Source of the DNA: an uncultured virus (IMG/VR IMGVR_UViG_3300025759_000075)
Lineage: Duplodnaviria; Heunggongvirae; Uroviricota; Caudoviricetes
DNA length: 20,000 bases
Direction: 5' to 3' (one strand)
Virus record (IMG/VR): IMGVR_UViG_3300025759_000075
Coordinates: 55,940 to 75,939 of that record
Position 1 is the stretch's first letter, and every line of letters starts with the position of its first letter. Shown in pieces: positions 1 to 8,722 of the stretch. The notes below the pieces were generated by a model that saw only the letters and a program-made list of their open reading frames with translations, was not told where the DNA came from and ran no database searches. The translations under genes were made by a program, and so were the position numbers.

Positions 1-2
1 AA

Positions 3-524
3 TTTCCTCTGCCCGACGATTATGGCAGCTTTCCTATCAAGGGAGACGTGCAGGACTATACGACGTGGGCGTGGGGGTATCACCACTACACCGACCTCGA
101 TACGTTCCTGTTCGATCAGGCGCGCAACTTCAACGCACTACCGGGCGGCTGGATTATCTACGGCGACCTGATGCGGTTCTCGCCTGTTCCGGGTGAGACT
201 GTGCAGGCGCGCTTCCCGTATCTGACAAAGAACATCGTCCGTGCGTTTTCCACAGTTCCGAAAGAAGAGTTCACGGCAGACGACGATACGTTTCTTCTGC
301 CCGAACGCCTTCTGACGCTTGGACTCGTATGGCGCTGGCGCGAGAATAAAGGTCTTGCTAGCACTGGCGACCAGGAAGCGTATATCAAGGCTCTCGACGA
401 TTACGCAGCAAAGAGTAAGGGGCCGGTTGTGATCAGACGTAACGGCGCAAGGCACTTTCCAGGAACGCACGCCGCCTTTCCATGGCCCCTCGGTGAGGGT
501 GCCAATTACTGGCCCGCTGGCTGA
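3..524 (+). CDS. Putative head-to-tail adaptor / tail tubular protein A-like, 5' truncated
   Basis: The frame is open from base 3 (FPLPDDYG...). The C-terminal DDDTFLLPERLLTLGLVWRWRENKGL is typical of phage adaptor proteins, and the gene lies directly before the nozzle-like gene (TGATG overlap). Confidence 0.6.
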   Translation, partial: FPLPDDYGSFPIKGDVQDYTTWAWGYHHYTDLDTFLFDQARNFNALPGGWIIYGDLMRFSPVPGETVQARFPYLTKNIVRAFSTVPKEEFTADDDTFLLPERLLTLGLVWRWRENKGLASTGDQEAYIKALDDYAAKSKGPVVIRRNGARHFPGTHAAFPWPLGEGANYWPAG

Positions 525-2440
525 TGGTTTATCCTCGCCGCCGAATGCAACCCAAGCCAAGGCGCTCGCAGACGCGTAAGTGGCCTGCGCCTGTCTCCGG
601 CTGGGTATCCAATCGCATGCTGTCTGATCCCAAGTCCATTGAGGGGCCGGGCGCTGCGGTCATGGATAACTTCTTTCCCCGCTCGACGGGTGTTGCGCTG
701 CGCAGGGGCAAAGCGCGCTATGCCACGCTTGAAGATGAGGCGTTGGATGTCGAGGCTTTGTTCACCTATCACGATGGCACAAGCGAGCAGATGTTTGCGG
801 CAAATGAAACGACCATTTATGACGTAACCAACGTGGTATTCCCTGAGCCGCAAGACCTGGGCGATGGTGACGGCGATTCCTTCGGGGACGGTGAAGGCAA
901 TATCATTGGCTGGAACTCGACGGCGGGCCTTGATGTGGCAGGCGGTTATACCTCCGGCGACTGGTCGGTTATCCAGTTTGCCACAACAGGCGGGATTTAC
1001 CTTGTCGGGGTCAATGGTTCGGATCTGGGCTTTATCTTCGACGGTGAGCGGTTTTATCCGGCTGTCGATGGCGGCACGACGCAGCTTAATTATGACGGGC
1101 TGACAGAAGACTTCGTAACCGGCGAAACGATCACGGGCGGCACAAGCGGGGCGACAGCTACGCTATGGCGGCAAGAAGTGGCAACCGATACAACCGGACA
1201 GCTATTCCTCTACAACGTGACAGGCACGTTCGTGGATGACGATGTTCTGACGGGTGAAACGGCAGGGGAGGCAGATGCGATTGGCGCGCCTATTCCTGAC
1301 GTAGCGCCGGGGATGGACTTCGGATCGCTGACTAGCGCAGACATGTCGTTCGTGTGGTCCTACAAGAACAGGCTCTATTTCGCGCAGAAGAACAGCCTTT
1401 CGGCATGGTATCTCGACGTTGATAGCATCGGCGGCACGGCAACCGAATTTCCGATGGGGGGCATTTTCGCCAACGGCGGTTCGCTGATGTTCGGGCAGCG
1501 GTGGTCGCTGGAATCGGGCGGTTCTGGCGGTCTGTCGGAGCAGAACATATTCGTGTCGACCGAAGGCGAGGTGGCTATCTATCAGGGCACGTCGCCTAAC
1601 GAAGCCTCTACATGGTCGCTGGTCGGGGTTTATCGCATTGGTGCGCCGCTTGGGAAACGCGCTTACATTCGCGGAGGTGGCGACTTGGCCATTGCCACGT
1701 CGGTCGGGCTGGTGCCGCTTTCCAAGGCTATTTCGCTGGATGTCACGGCCATGAACGTAGCATCGATCAGCTACAAGATTGCCGACGCTTGGACGGAGGC
1801 TGTCAATCTGCGCGGAGAGCAGAACTGGCAGTGCATGATATGGCCGGAAAAGAAGATGGCCGTTATCGCGTTGCCAGACATGGTGGGGGGCAGCGATCCG
1901 GTGATGTTCGTTTCCAATACCGAAACGGGCGCATGGGGGCGTTATACGAACTGGCAGGGCCTTTCGATGGCGGTCTATCAGGGACAGCTTTATTTCGGCT
2001 CGCCTGAGGGGCGTATCTATCAGGCAGAAACAGGCGGGCTGGATGATGGGGAAACCTATTCGGGCGCAGTTGTGCCGCTGTTCGATGACATGGCGTTCTC
2101 TGCCGGCTCCAAGGTTGGCAAGATGGCGCGTGCGCGCGTGCGTGCCTCGACTACGATTGTCGATAATGTATCCCTGTTGGCCGATTATGACGTGACGCTT
2201 CCGCCTGCTCCCGATGCGACTGCCGTGTTCGCGTCCAACACATGGGGCGCAGGCGTATGGGGGCAATCGACATGGGATTCCGCAACGCCGAACGTGCTTA
2301 ATCAGGAATGGCGATCTGCGGGCGCTATCGGGTATTCGCTTGCACCGTGTTACCAAGTAAGTAGCGGAAGTCCTGCGTCGATACAGGTCGAATTGATCGA
2401 TATTGAAATGCTCTACGATGTCGCTGAGGCGGTGACTTGA
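524..2440 (+). CDS. Putative tail nozzle / packaged-DNA stabilization protein (tail tubular B / P22 gp10-like), 638 aa
   Basis: Beta-rich protein with PAPVSGW, MDNFFP, YKNRLYF, IFVSTEGEVAIYQGT and TGAWGRYT motifs. Size and position fit this role. Confidence 0.7.
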   Translation: MVYPRRRMQPKPRRSQTRKWPAPVSGWVSNRMLSDPKSIEGPGAAVMDNFFPRSTGVALRRGKARYATLEDEALDVEALFTYHDGTSEQMFAANETTIYDVTNVVFPEPQDLGDGDGDSFGDGEGNIIGWNSTAGLDVAGGYTSGDWSVIQFATTGGIYLVGVNGSDLGFIFDGERFYPAVDGGTTQLNYDGLTEDFVTGETITGGTSGATATLWRQEVATDTTGQLFLYNVTGTFVDDDVLTGETAGEADAIGAPIPDVAPGMDFGSLTSADMSFVWSYKNRLYFAQKNSLSAWYLDVDSIGGTATEFPMGGIFANGGSLMFGQRWSLESGGSGGLSEQNIFVSTEGEVAIYQGTSPNEASTWSLVGVYRIGAPLGKRAYIRGGGDLAIATSVGLVPLSKAISLDVTAMNVASISYKIADAWTEAVNLRGEQNWQCMIWPEKKMAVIALPDMVGGSDPVMFVSNTETGAWGRYTNWQGLSMAVYQGQLYFGSPEGRIYQAETGGLDDGETYSGAVVPLFDDMAFSAGSKVGKMARARVRASTTIVDNVSLLADYDVTLPPAPDATAVFASNTWGAGVWGQSTWDSATPNVLNQEWRSAGAIGYSLAPCYQVSSGSPASIQVELIDIEMLYDVAEAVT

Positions 2441-2841
2441 TCGTAACCGGCGAACACGTCGCGCAATTCGTTTCCCAAAAGATAGGCGTGGGGTTGTGCC
2501 CACCTTACACGACGCTTGGGCTAGAGCGCGATGGTGTGCTTGTCGGCGGTGTCGTGCTGAATTGCTGGGAGGGTGCAGACATACATCTAACGGCAGCGGG
2601 GGCGCATTGGACGCCGGGTTTTATGCGTGCTGTAGGACGGTATGTTTTTGATCAGCTTGGATGCCTGCGTTTCACGATGGAAACGGAAAAGCCTGCAGTG
2701 GCGGAATATGCCAAGAGGCTCGGCGGTGTGGTTGAGGGGAGATTAAGGGACCACTTTGGCGAGGGCCGCGATGCGATCATTATCGGGGTCTTGAAAAAGG
2801 ATTACGCTTACTATAGACATGGCGAAACCGAGCGCCGCTGA
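2437..2841 (+). CDS. GNAT (RimJ/RimL-like) acetyltransferase-fold virion assembly protein, 134 aa
   Basis: TTG start overlaps the upstream stop. YVFDQLGCLR...LGGVVEGRLRDHF resembles the RimJ/L fold, and the gene sits between the nozzle and ejection genes as in many podoviruses. Confidence 0.7.
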   Translation: MIVTGEHVAQFVSQKIGVGLCPPYTTLGLERDGVLVGGVVLNCWEGADIHLTAAGAHWTPGFMRAVGRYVFDQLGCLRFTMETEKPAVAEYAKRLGGVVEGRLRDHFGEGRDAIIIGVLKKDYAYYRHGETERR

Positions 2842-2878
2842 ATTCCTTCAGGTGCTTCCACTAAACAGGAAGCATGCC

Positions 2879-3697
2879 TTGAAATCTCCTAAGCAGCCAA
2901 CTCCGCCAGATCCTAACGTGGTCGCGCAAGCCCAAGCCGGGATGAACATCGACACGGCTCTTGCTCAGCAGAGCCTCAACATGGTTGATACGGTGAACCC
3001 GTGGGGCACGACCAGCTATGCGCAAAACGGCCAGACAAGCTTTGTCGATAGCAACGGTCAGCGCGTTACGCTGCCGCGCTATACCCAAACCACTAACTTA
3101 TCGCCAGAACAACAGGCGATTTTCGACGCCTCGCAGGGCGCGCAGACGAACCTTGCCAATATCGCGCAGGAACAGTCTGGCCGTGTGCAGGAAACTCTTT
3201 CCGACCCGTTCCAGTTTACCAATCAGGATGCAGCCGATTGGGCCTATGATCTGGGCCAGTCACGCATTGCTCCCCAGCAGCAGCAGACCGAAGCCGCGCT
3301 TCGTGATCGGCTGATCAATTCCGGCATTCGCCCCGGCACACAGGCTTGGGATTCGGAGATGGCCCGCATGACGCAGGGCTTTAACGATCAGAACAACCAG
3401 TTAGCTTTGCAGGGCCGTGGACAGGCGTTTTCCGAGAACCTTGCCACGCGGAATCAGTCGCTTAATGAGTTGTCCGCGCTACTCTCCGGCTCGCAGGTAT
3501 CGAACCCTGCGCAGATGTCGTCTGCCACGCCTCAAGTAGGGGTCGGTGGGGTCGATTATTCCGGCATGGTCCAGAACAATTACAACAACCAGATGCAGCA
3601 GTATAACGCCCAGATGCAAAATCGCGGCGGTATGCTCGGTGGCTTATTTGGCTTGGCAGGCTCGCTTGGCGGCGCTGCTATTCGAAGGGGTTTCTGA
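2879..3697 (+). CDS. Putative DNA ejection / internal virion protein 1
   Basis: Q/N/A-rich with a Gly-rich hydrophobic C-terminus (GGMLGGLFGLAGSLGG). Preferred start is TTG 2879 (MKSPKQPTPPDP), with AGGA 8 nt upstream. ATG 2819 is an in-frame alternative. Confidence 0.6.
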   Translation: MKSPKQPTPPDPNVVAQAQAGMNIDTALAQQSLNMVDTVNPWGTTSYAQNGQTSFVDSNGQRVTLPRYTQTTNLSPEQQAIFDASQGAQTNLANIAQEQSGRVQETLSDPFQFTNQDAADWAYDLGQSRIAPQQQQTEAALRDRLINSGIRPGTQAWDSEMARMTQGFNDQNNQLALQGRGQAFSENLATRNQSLNELSALLSGSQVSNPAQMSSATPQVGVGGVDYSGMVQNNYNNQMQQYNAQMQNRGGMLGGLFGLAGSLGGAAIRRGF

Positions 3698-4461
3698 TGA
3701 TCCTCCCACAGTCTGCAATGGCCGCAGTCGATCCCGTAGCGCAGGCTTTGACGCCTGAAGCCGCGTTCACTTGGGCGCATGGTGGCTTGAAGATGACGCC
3801 GGAACAAGCGGCAATGCAGCGTCAACAGGGTATGGCGCGTAGCCGGGGTGATTACTCGCCTATCCAGCATTGGACACAGGGCCTTGCGCGTGTGGCGGAT
3901 AACGTCATGGGTGCACTAGAGGCACGTAAAGCCGACAAGCAGATTGCAGCGGGTGCAGATGCAGACCGCGCGCTGATGGAAGCGATTGCGGGCGGTGGTG
4001 TGGATGACACCATGATCGCCCGCGCACTAATGGACCCTAATGTAGGGCAGGGCGTGAAAGAGTTTGCGGGCATGGAGTATGCCGCGCGTAGGCCCAAGCA
4101 ACAGGCTCCGCTAGAGGTTGAGCGGCTAGCTATGCTGGCGAACGATCCCAGCGCAGCGCCTTACGTGCGCGAGGCAGCAGCGGCCAAGCTTCGCAATCAA
4201 AACGATCCGCTTATCACAACGACCTTGCCGGGTGACAGGTTCTATTCGGGGCCGCAATCCGGTCTGGCAGCAGCATTGGGAGGAGGTGGTCAAGAATCTG
4301 GGGCACAGTCTACGGCGGTGCCTCCCGAGGCGGTGGCGGACCTAATGGCCGATCCGTCACCGCAGGCTATGGCAGAGTTTGATGACGCATTCGGACAGGG
4401 TGCGGCAGAGCGCGCTCTAGGAGGTCAGGCGTCCGCGCCTGATCCCTTTCCCGCAAGTTAG
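3697..4461 (+). CDS. Putative DNA ejection / internal virion protein 2, 254 aa
   Basis: Ala/Gln-rich helical protein (IQHWTQGLARVA motif) within the ejection cluster, coupled to the upstream gene by TGATG. Confidence 0.6.
   Translation: MILPQSAMAAVDPVAQALTPEAAFTWAHGGLKMTPEQAAMQRQQGMARSRGDYSPIQHWTQGLARVADNVMGALEARKADKQIAAGADADRALMEAIAGGGVDDTMIARALMDPNVGQGVKEFAGMEYAARRPKQQAPLEVERLAMLANDPSAAPYVREAAAAKLRNQNDPLITTTLPGDRFYSGPQSGLAAALGGGGQESGAQSTAVPPEAVADLMADPSPQAMAEFDDAFGQGAAERALGGQASAPDPFPAS
4418..4453 (+). promoter_or_regulatory. Candidate +1 ribosomal frameshift signal (SD, hairpin, CCC.UUU.C)
   Basis: TAGGAGGT at 4418-4425, perfect hairpin TCAGGCG-tccg-CGCCTGA at 4425-4442, then in-frame CCC TTT CCC. 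The +1 frame is open into ATG 4469. Confidence 0.5.
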
Positions 4462-4468
4462 CGGAAAC

Positions 4469-4843
4469 ATGCTCGACAACATCACTATGCAGGCCGAAAG
4501 TAATGGCAGGCGTTATGGTGCAGGCGGTGGACTGCTGCGCTCACCTAAGGGAGCGATGGGGGAAATGCAGGTAATGCCAGCGACAGCCCGAGATCCCGGC
4601 TATGGCGTGCGCCCTTGGGACGGTTCGTCGCCGGATGATCTAGCCCGCGTTGGCCGCGATTATCGCAGGGCCATGGAGCGGGAGTTCGGCGGGGACTATG
4701 CGGCGATGTTCGGGGCTTATAACGCTGGGCCTGGCCGCGTAAGGCAATTGCTGGATCGTTACGGCGGCGACTGGTTGCGCTATGCTCCTGCTGAAACCCG
4801 TAACTATGTAAACAAAAACATGCGCGCTCTGAGGGGCAGATAA
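4469..4843 (+). CDS. Lytic transglycosylase (SLT domain), virion-associated, 124 aa
   Basis: Catalytic QAES, SPKGAMGEMQVMPATA, AYNAGPGRV and PAETRNYV motifs. Confidence 0.92.
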   Translation: MLDNITMQAESNGRRYGAGGGLLRSPKGAMGEMQVMPATARDPGYGVRPWDGSSPDDLARVGRDYRRAMEREFGGDYAAMFGAYNAGPGRVRQLLDRYGGDWLRYAPAETRNYVNKNMRALRGR

Positions 4844-7599
4844 TGGCTGAAAATCGTTTCCAGAAATATGTCCAGCCACAGCAGGGCGTAGTGTTCACCG
4901 ATCCGAACGCGGCGGCGGAGCAGCAGCGCGAAGAAGATCGCCTTGCGATGGATCGCGAGCGCATTAGGTTAGCTCGCGAAGCTGCCGACAGAGCAGCGGC
5001 TAACGACGCCATCACGCGCGAAGAAAAGGCTGCTGAAAAAGCGCAAGCTGACAAGGAGGCTGCGGCACTAGAGGCCGCGCAGCGTAGCCAAGTGCGCGAA
5101 ACTGCCGCTACTATGAGCACGGTTATCGAGAAAGCAAAGGAGGCGAAGCGTAGATCGAACGATTGGTTCGCTACTGGCTTTGGCGCGGAAACTGCTCTTG
5201 ATTGGGGCGGCTCGGCAGCGGCAGACGTTCGAGAACTGCTTGCGCCGATTAAGGCTAATCAGGCTTTCACCACGCTTCAGAAAATGCGCGAGGCTTCGCC
5301 AACTGGTGGCGCGCTTGGTGCGGTATCCGAACGCGAACTTGCCCTGCTTCAAAGCACGATCACCGGCCTTGAGCAGTCGCAGTCTGATGCGCAATTCCAG
5401 TATGCAATGGACGAGATTGTCCAGCGTTACACGCGCGCCCTTGCCGCGCTGGAAGATGGCGACCGCTATTACCGTGAAAACGGCTCGATGGAAGGCTATG
5501 TCGGCCCTTCAGATGAATATCTGAACAGCTACAATCCTGACAATCCAGAGCCTAGAGGAGCCGCGGGTTCCGGCGCTACGCAAACCAGCCTTGAACTGCC
5601 GCAGGAATACCAGGATCGTCACGCGGCCTATCTGCGCCAGAATTGGGGCAATATCACGCCTGATGGTTATGCGCAGTTCCGTGCTGGGCTTGATAACGAG
5701 TTCCCAGAGTACGGCTCGCCTAACCTTGAGGCATACCGCGATATTGTTCCCTCCTTCAACCAGATGGCGGCAGAGGGGCAACCTCCTGAAGCCGCAGGGC
5801 AGGTTCCTGCTGCAACGCGCGAACTGTCTGGATTCGATCAGTTCCGTAATAATATTATCTCAGACCCTTTAGGTACAGGGGTAACGTCCGCGATCAATAG
5901 TGCCACAGGCGGCCTTCCTGATTTGCTCGCGGGTCGCAGGTTGCAGGCGGCGGAAGAGCTTAACCCTAAAGCAGCCTTTGTGGGCGACCTTGTTGGCAGT
6001 ACGGCAGGATCTGCACTTTTTGGTAGCGGCCTGACTGTTGCGGGGGCGGGCAAGTTCGCTCCGTTTCTCGGTGATGCGCTTTACGGGACAATGTACGGCG
6101 CAACCAGCGATGAAGACCCTGTAACTGGCGCATTGCTTGGCTTAGGTTCGTCTATAGTGGGCGACCAGGCTGGTAAATACGCGGGCCGTGCAATCAACTC
6201 GATCCGTCTGCCTGATATGAACCTTTCCGAAGGGCAGCGGGTCATTACCCAGACGGTGCGCGAAGCGGGTAATCAGGATGAAATCGCACGCGCGCTAATG
6301 AGCGCCGATGAACTTGGCGTGCCGATGACGCTGGCCGACGCATCTCCTGAATTACAGTCTCTTGCCGGTTCGGCAGTTCGCTTCTCTCCGACCACGGCGG
6401 GCGTAGCGCGGCAGACCATGGCGCGCAGGAACGAAGGCCAGTTTGACCGGCTTGCCGAGGCAGTGGCGCGTGATCTTGGCCCGGTTGAGAATATCCCTCA
6501 GCGCAGCGCCGATCTATTGCAGCAGGCACGCACTAATGCAGGGCCGTTGTATGAGCAGGCTTATGCGGCTCCAGGTGCGGATATGGTGGACCTTACCGAC
6601 CTTGCCGACCGTCCGACATTCGAAAAGGCATTGCGCGAAGCCTATAACGAGGTGCTTGACGAAGGTCTTGACCCGTCTGCCGCTGGCATTGTCCAGACTG
6701 AAGGTGGCATGGTCATGGCCTCGCCGTCATGGCAGTCCTTGGACTATGCGAAGCGCGGTCTGGACAACATTATTGAACGCGGTATTCGGCAAGGCGATAT
6801 GCCGGAAGTACGCCGTGCACAGGCTATGAAATCAACCCTATTGCAGCGCATGGATGAAGCCAATCCCGCCTATGCGGAGGCTCGTCGCGCTTATGCAGGG
6901 CCAGCGCAGGAGCGTTCGTTTATGGAGCGTGGACGCAACGTGTTCAAAGAAGATTCCGAACAGTTGGGCGTGGATATAGCCAATCTGACGCCGGAACAAA
7001 TCGGCCAAACGAGGCTCGGCGTTCAAAGCGGCACGATGCGCGAGGCGCGCAAGGTGCGGAACAACGGCAACCCGTGGGGTAGAATGGACAACCCTGAACG
7101 GGAAGCCATCTATAAAAATGTCTATGCCAGCGCCGAAGATGCCGACATCGCGCGGCTGCTGTCTCAGCGGGACCTGGAACTTCAGCTTGCAGGAAGCGCC
7201 AATCGTCTCATTGGCAACAGCGCCACGGCGGAACGCGAGATTCAAGACGAGTTCTTCAAGCATCGCACCGGCATGGGCGGCGATGTCGCAATGGGTATTG
7301 TTGAAACCGGCGCGCTCGGTGGGCCGTGGCTGACCGTAGGCAAAGGTATTGCAGATCGCGTGTTCAAGGATCGTCGCGAAAAAGCTGCAGCAACCGCAAA
7401 CCGCGCACTAGCCGACGATCTTGGCCCGCTGTTGCTCAATCAGTCGCCTACAAGCTCGGTTGATGCCTTGTCGCAGATGATGGCTGAGGATGAAGCCTAT
7501 CGCGCTATTGCGGAAAGCCTGACGCAGCAGGGTGACATGTGGGGCCGCCGTATCGGAACAGGGGCAGCTACGGCGCTAACCGATTACCTGGCTTACTAA
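4843..7599 (+). CDS. Large DNA ejection / internal virion protein, 918 aa
   Basis: Long Ala-rich helical protein with a GGALGAVSEREL motif, a central Gly-rich hydrophobic stretch and a GNSATAER motif. It is the last gene of the ejection cluster. Confidence 0.7.
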   Translation: MAENRFQKYVQPQQGVVFTDPNAAAEQQREEDRLAMDRERIRLAREAADRAAANDAITREEKAAEKAQADKEAAALEAAQRSQVRETAATMSTVIEKAKEAKRRSNDWFATGFGAETALDWGGSAAADVRELLAPIKANQAFTTLQKMREASPTGGALGAVSERELALLQSTITGLEQSQSDAQFQYAMDEIVQRYTRALAALEDGDRYYRENGSMEGYVGPSDEYLNSYNPDNPEPRGAAGSGATQTSLELPQEYQDRHAAYLRQNWGNITPDGYAQFRAGLDNEFPEYGSPNLEAYRDIVPSFNQMAAEGQPPEAAGQVPAATRELSGFDQFRNNIISDPLGTGVTSAINSATGGLPDLLAGRRLQAAEELNPKAAFVGDLVGSTAGSALFGSGLTVAGAGKFAPFLGDALYGTMYGATSDEDPVTGALLGLGSSIVGDQAGKYAGRAINSIRLPDMNLSEGQRVITQTVREAGNQDEIARALMSADELGVPMTLADASPELQSLAGSAVRFSPTTAGVARQTMARRNEGQFDRLAEAVARDLGPVENIPQRSADLLQQARTNAGPLYEQAYAAPGADMVDLTDLADRPTFEKALREAYNEVLDEGLDPSAAGIVQTEGGMVMASPSWQSLDYAKRGLDNIIERGIRQGDMPEVRRAQAMKSTLLQRMDEANPAYAEARRAYAGPAQERSFMERGRNVFKEDSEQLGVDIANLTPEQIGQTRLGVQSGTMREARKVRNNGNPWGRMDNPEREAIYKNVYASAEDADIARLLSQRDLELQLAGSANRLIGNSATAEREIQDEFFKHRTGMGGDVAMGIVETGALGGPWLTVGKGIADRVFKDRREKAAATANRALADDLGPLLLNQSPTSSVDALSQMMAEDEAYRAIAESLTQQGDMWGRRIGTGAATALTDYLAY

Positions 7600-7839
7600 G
7601 AGGCAGACCGAGAGAACCCCGCCGATTGCATATAGCGGCCAGCGGGGTTTCGGTTCTTCATAACCTGCTTTGAATCCGGCCAGATAGGCTTGGCGCACCA
7701 TGCGGTCTTTGATGCCCTGCAATGACGCTTCGTTAAGCCTGCGACGTGAACGGCGCGCAAGAAAGCCTTCTGCCTCGCTTTCCTTGAAACGGGCGCGGTG
7801 TATTTCCCGCTCAATAGCCTCGATATTCGCGTCTGCCAT
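7576..7839 (-). CDS. Small antisense moron protein with C-terminal transmembrane segment, 87 aa
   Basis: MADANIEAIER...WPLYAIGGVLSVCLLVSQVIG fills the gap between late genes and has its own promoter-like sequence just upstream. Confidence 0.6.
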   Translation of the reverse strand: MADANIEAIEREIHRARFKESEAEGFLARRSRRRLNEASLQGIKDRMVRQAYLAGFKAGYEEPKPRWPLYAIGGVLSVCLLVSQVIG

Positions 7840-7846
7840 GCCGGTC

Positions 7847-7875
7847 TTGATAGCATTCGCCCTATCGTGTAACAA
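7847..7875 (-). promoter_or_regulatory. Sigma70-like promoter for the antisense moron (probably leaderless mRNA)
   Basis: Minus strand reads TTGTTA-N17-TATCAA with an extended -10 TG, ending 7 nt before ATG 7839. No SD is present. Confidence 0.45.
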
Positions 7876-7936
7876 GGGACAACGCGGTTGAATCCACCTC
7901 ACGCGATTGCCTTGAAACGCAAGCGGAGTTCAACCT

Positions 7937-8722
7937 GTGCCACGAAATTCATCTGGCGATTATTCTCTACCGGCTGGCACCACTGTCAACACAGGGGATA
8001 CGCTGCTGGTTAGCCAGCACAATCCACCATTCCAGGATGTCGCACAGGCGCTTTCATCGTCTCTCGACCGTGACGGTAAGGGCGGAATGCGCGCCAACCT
8101 GCAGATGAATGGTAACAAGATCACGGGCGCGGCACCGGGAACTGATCCTACAGACGTTGCTACCGTGTCTCAATTGCCCGTTGGTGCGACATCGGGTGTC
8201 CCTATCGGGGCGGTAATCGACTATTGGGGGGCAACACCTCCTGCAGATTACCTCTTTGCTGCAGGTCAGGCTGTTTCGCGTACGACTTACGCGGCGCTGT
8301 TCGCGGTTATCGGCACAAGCGCGGGCGCTGGCGATGGATCCACTACGTTCAATCTTCCCGATTATCGCGGCAGGGTCGGGGCTGGACGTGAGAATATGGC
8401 AACACCTGCAACAACTCGCCTCAATACGCTGTCGAGTTCAACGCTTGGTGCTTCTGGCGGTGCGCAGACGCACACCCTGACCGAAGCGCAGATGCCGGTT
8501 CATAACCACAGCGTTACCGATCCAGGCCACTCTCACACTTATACGCGGCCTGTGTTCGCCTTGGGCAATCCCACGACGACAGATTCCGCGCTGGCTTCCA
8601 CCTCATCGGCTACGACCAACCTTGCCACGACCGGCATAACAATCGGCAACAAAGGTGGAGGTGAGGCGCATAACATCGTCCAGCCCACCATCATCTGTCA
8701 AAAAATAATCAGGATAAGCTAA
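7937..8722 (+). CDS. Tail fibre protein with phage tail-collar domain, 261 aa
   Basis: GTG start with a GGAG SD. N-terminal anchor MPRNSSGDYSLP, collar motif VPIGAVIDYWG...GQAVSRTTYAALFAVIGT...FNLPDYRGR, and HxH motifs in the tip. Confidence 0.88.
   Translation: MPRNSSGDYSLPAGTTVNTGDTLLVSQHNPPFQDVAQALSSSLDRDGKGGMRANLQMNGNKITGAAPGTDPTDVATVSQLPVGATSGVPIGAVIDYWGATPPADYLFAAGQAVSRTTYAALFAVIGTSAGAGDGSTTFNLPDYRGRVGAGRENMATPATTRLNTLSSSTLGASGGAQTHTLTEAQMPVHNHSVTDPGHSHTYTRPVFALGNPTTTDSALASTSSATTNLATTGITIGNKGGGEAHNIVQPTIICQKIIRIS

Noticed and set aside
1202..2503. 433-aa minus-strand ORF, and similar long antisense ORFs such as 9679-10488 and 4545-5120
   Set aside because: These are shadows of well-supported plus-strand genes, with no motifs or plausible translation signals.
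2874..2882. ATG-CCT-TGA minigene overlapping the TTG start
   Set aside because: The SD spacing fits the TTG better, and a two-codon ORF easily arises by chance.
4459..4471. Amber read-through from the 254-aa ORF into the SLT, suggested by the CUA in the tRNA-like element
   Set aside because: The SLT is in the +1 frame, so read-through would not fuse them. The tRNA-like loop also lacks canonical anticodon geometry.
7615..7649. AACCCCGC/GCGGGGTT inverted repeat as an intrinsic terminator after the ejection gene
   Set aside because: The loop is long and interrupted, the U-tract is poor, and it lies within the antisense ORF. Too weak to call.
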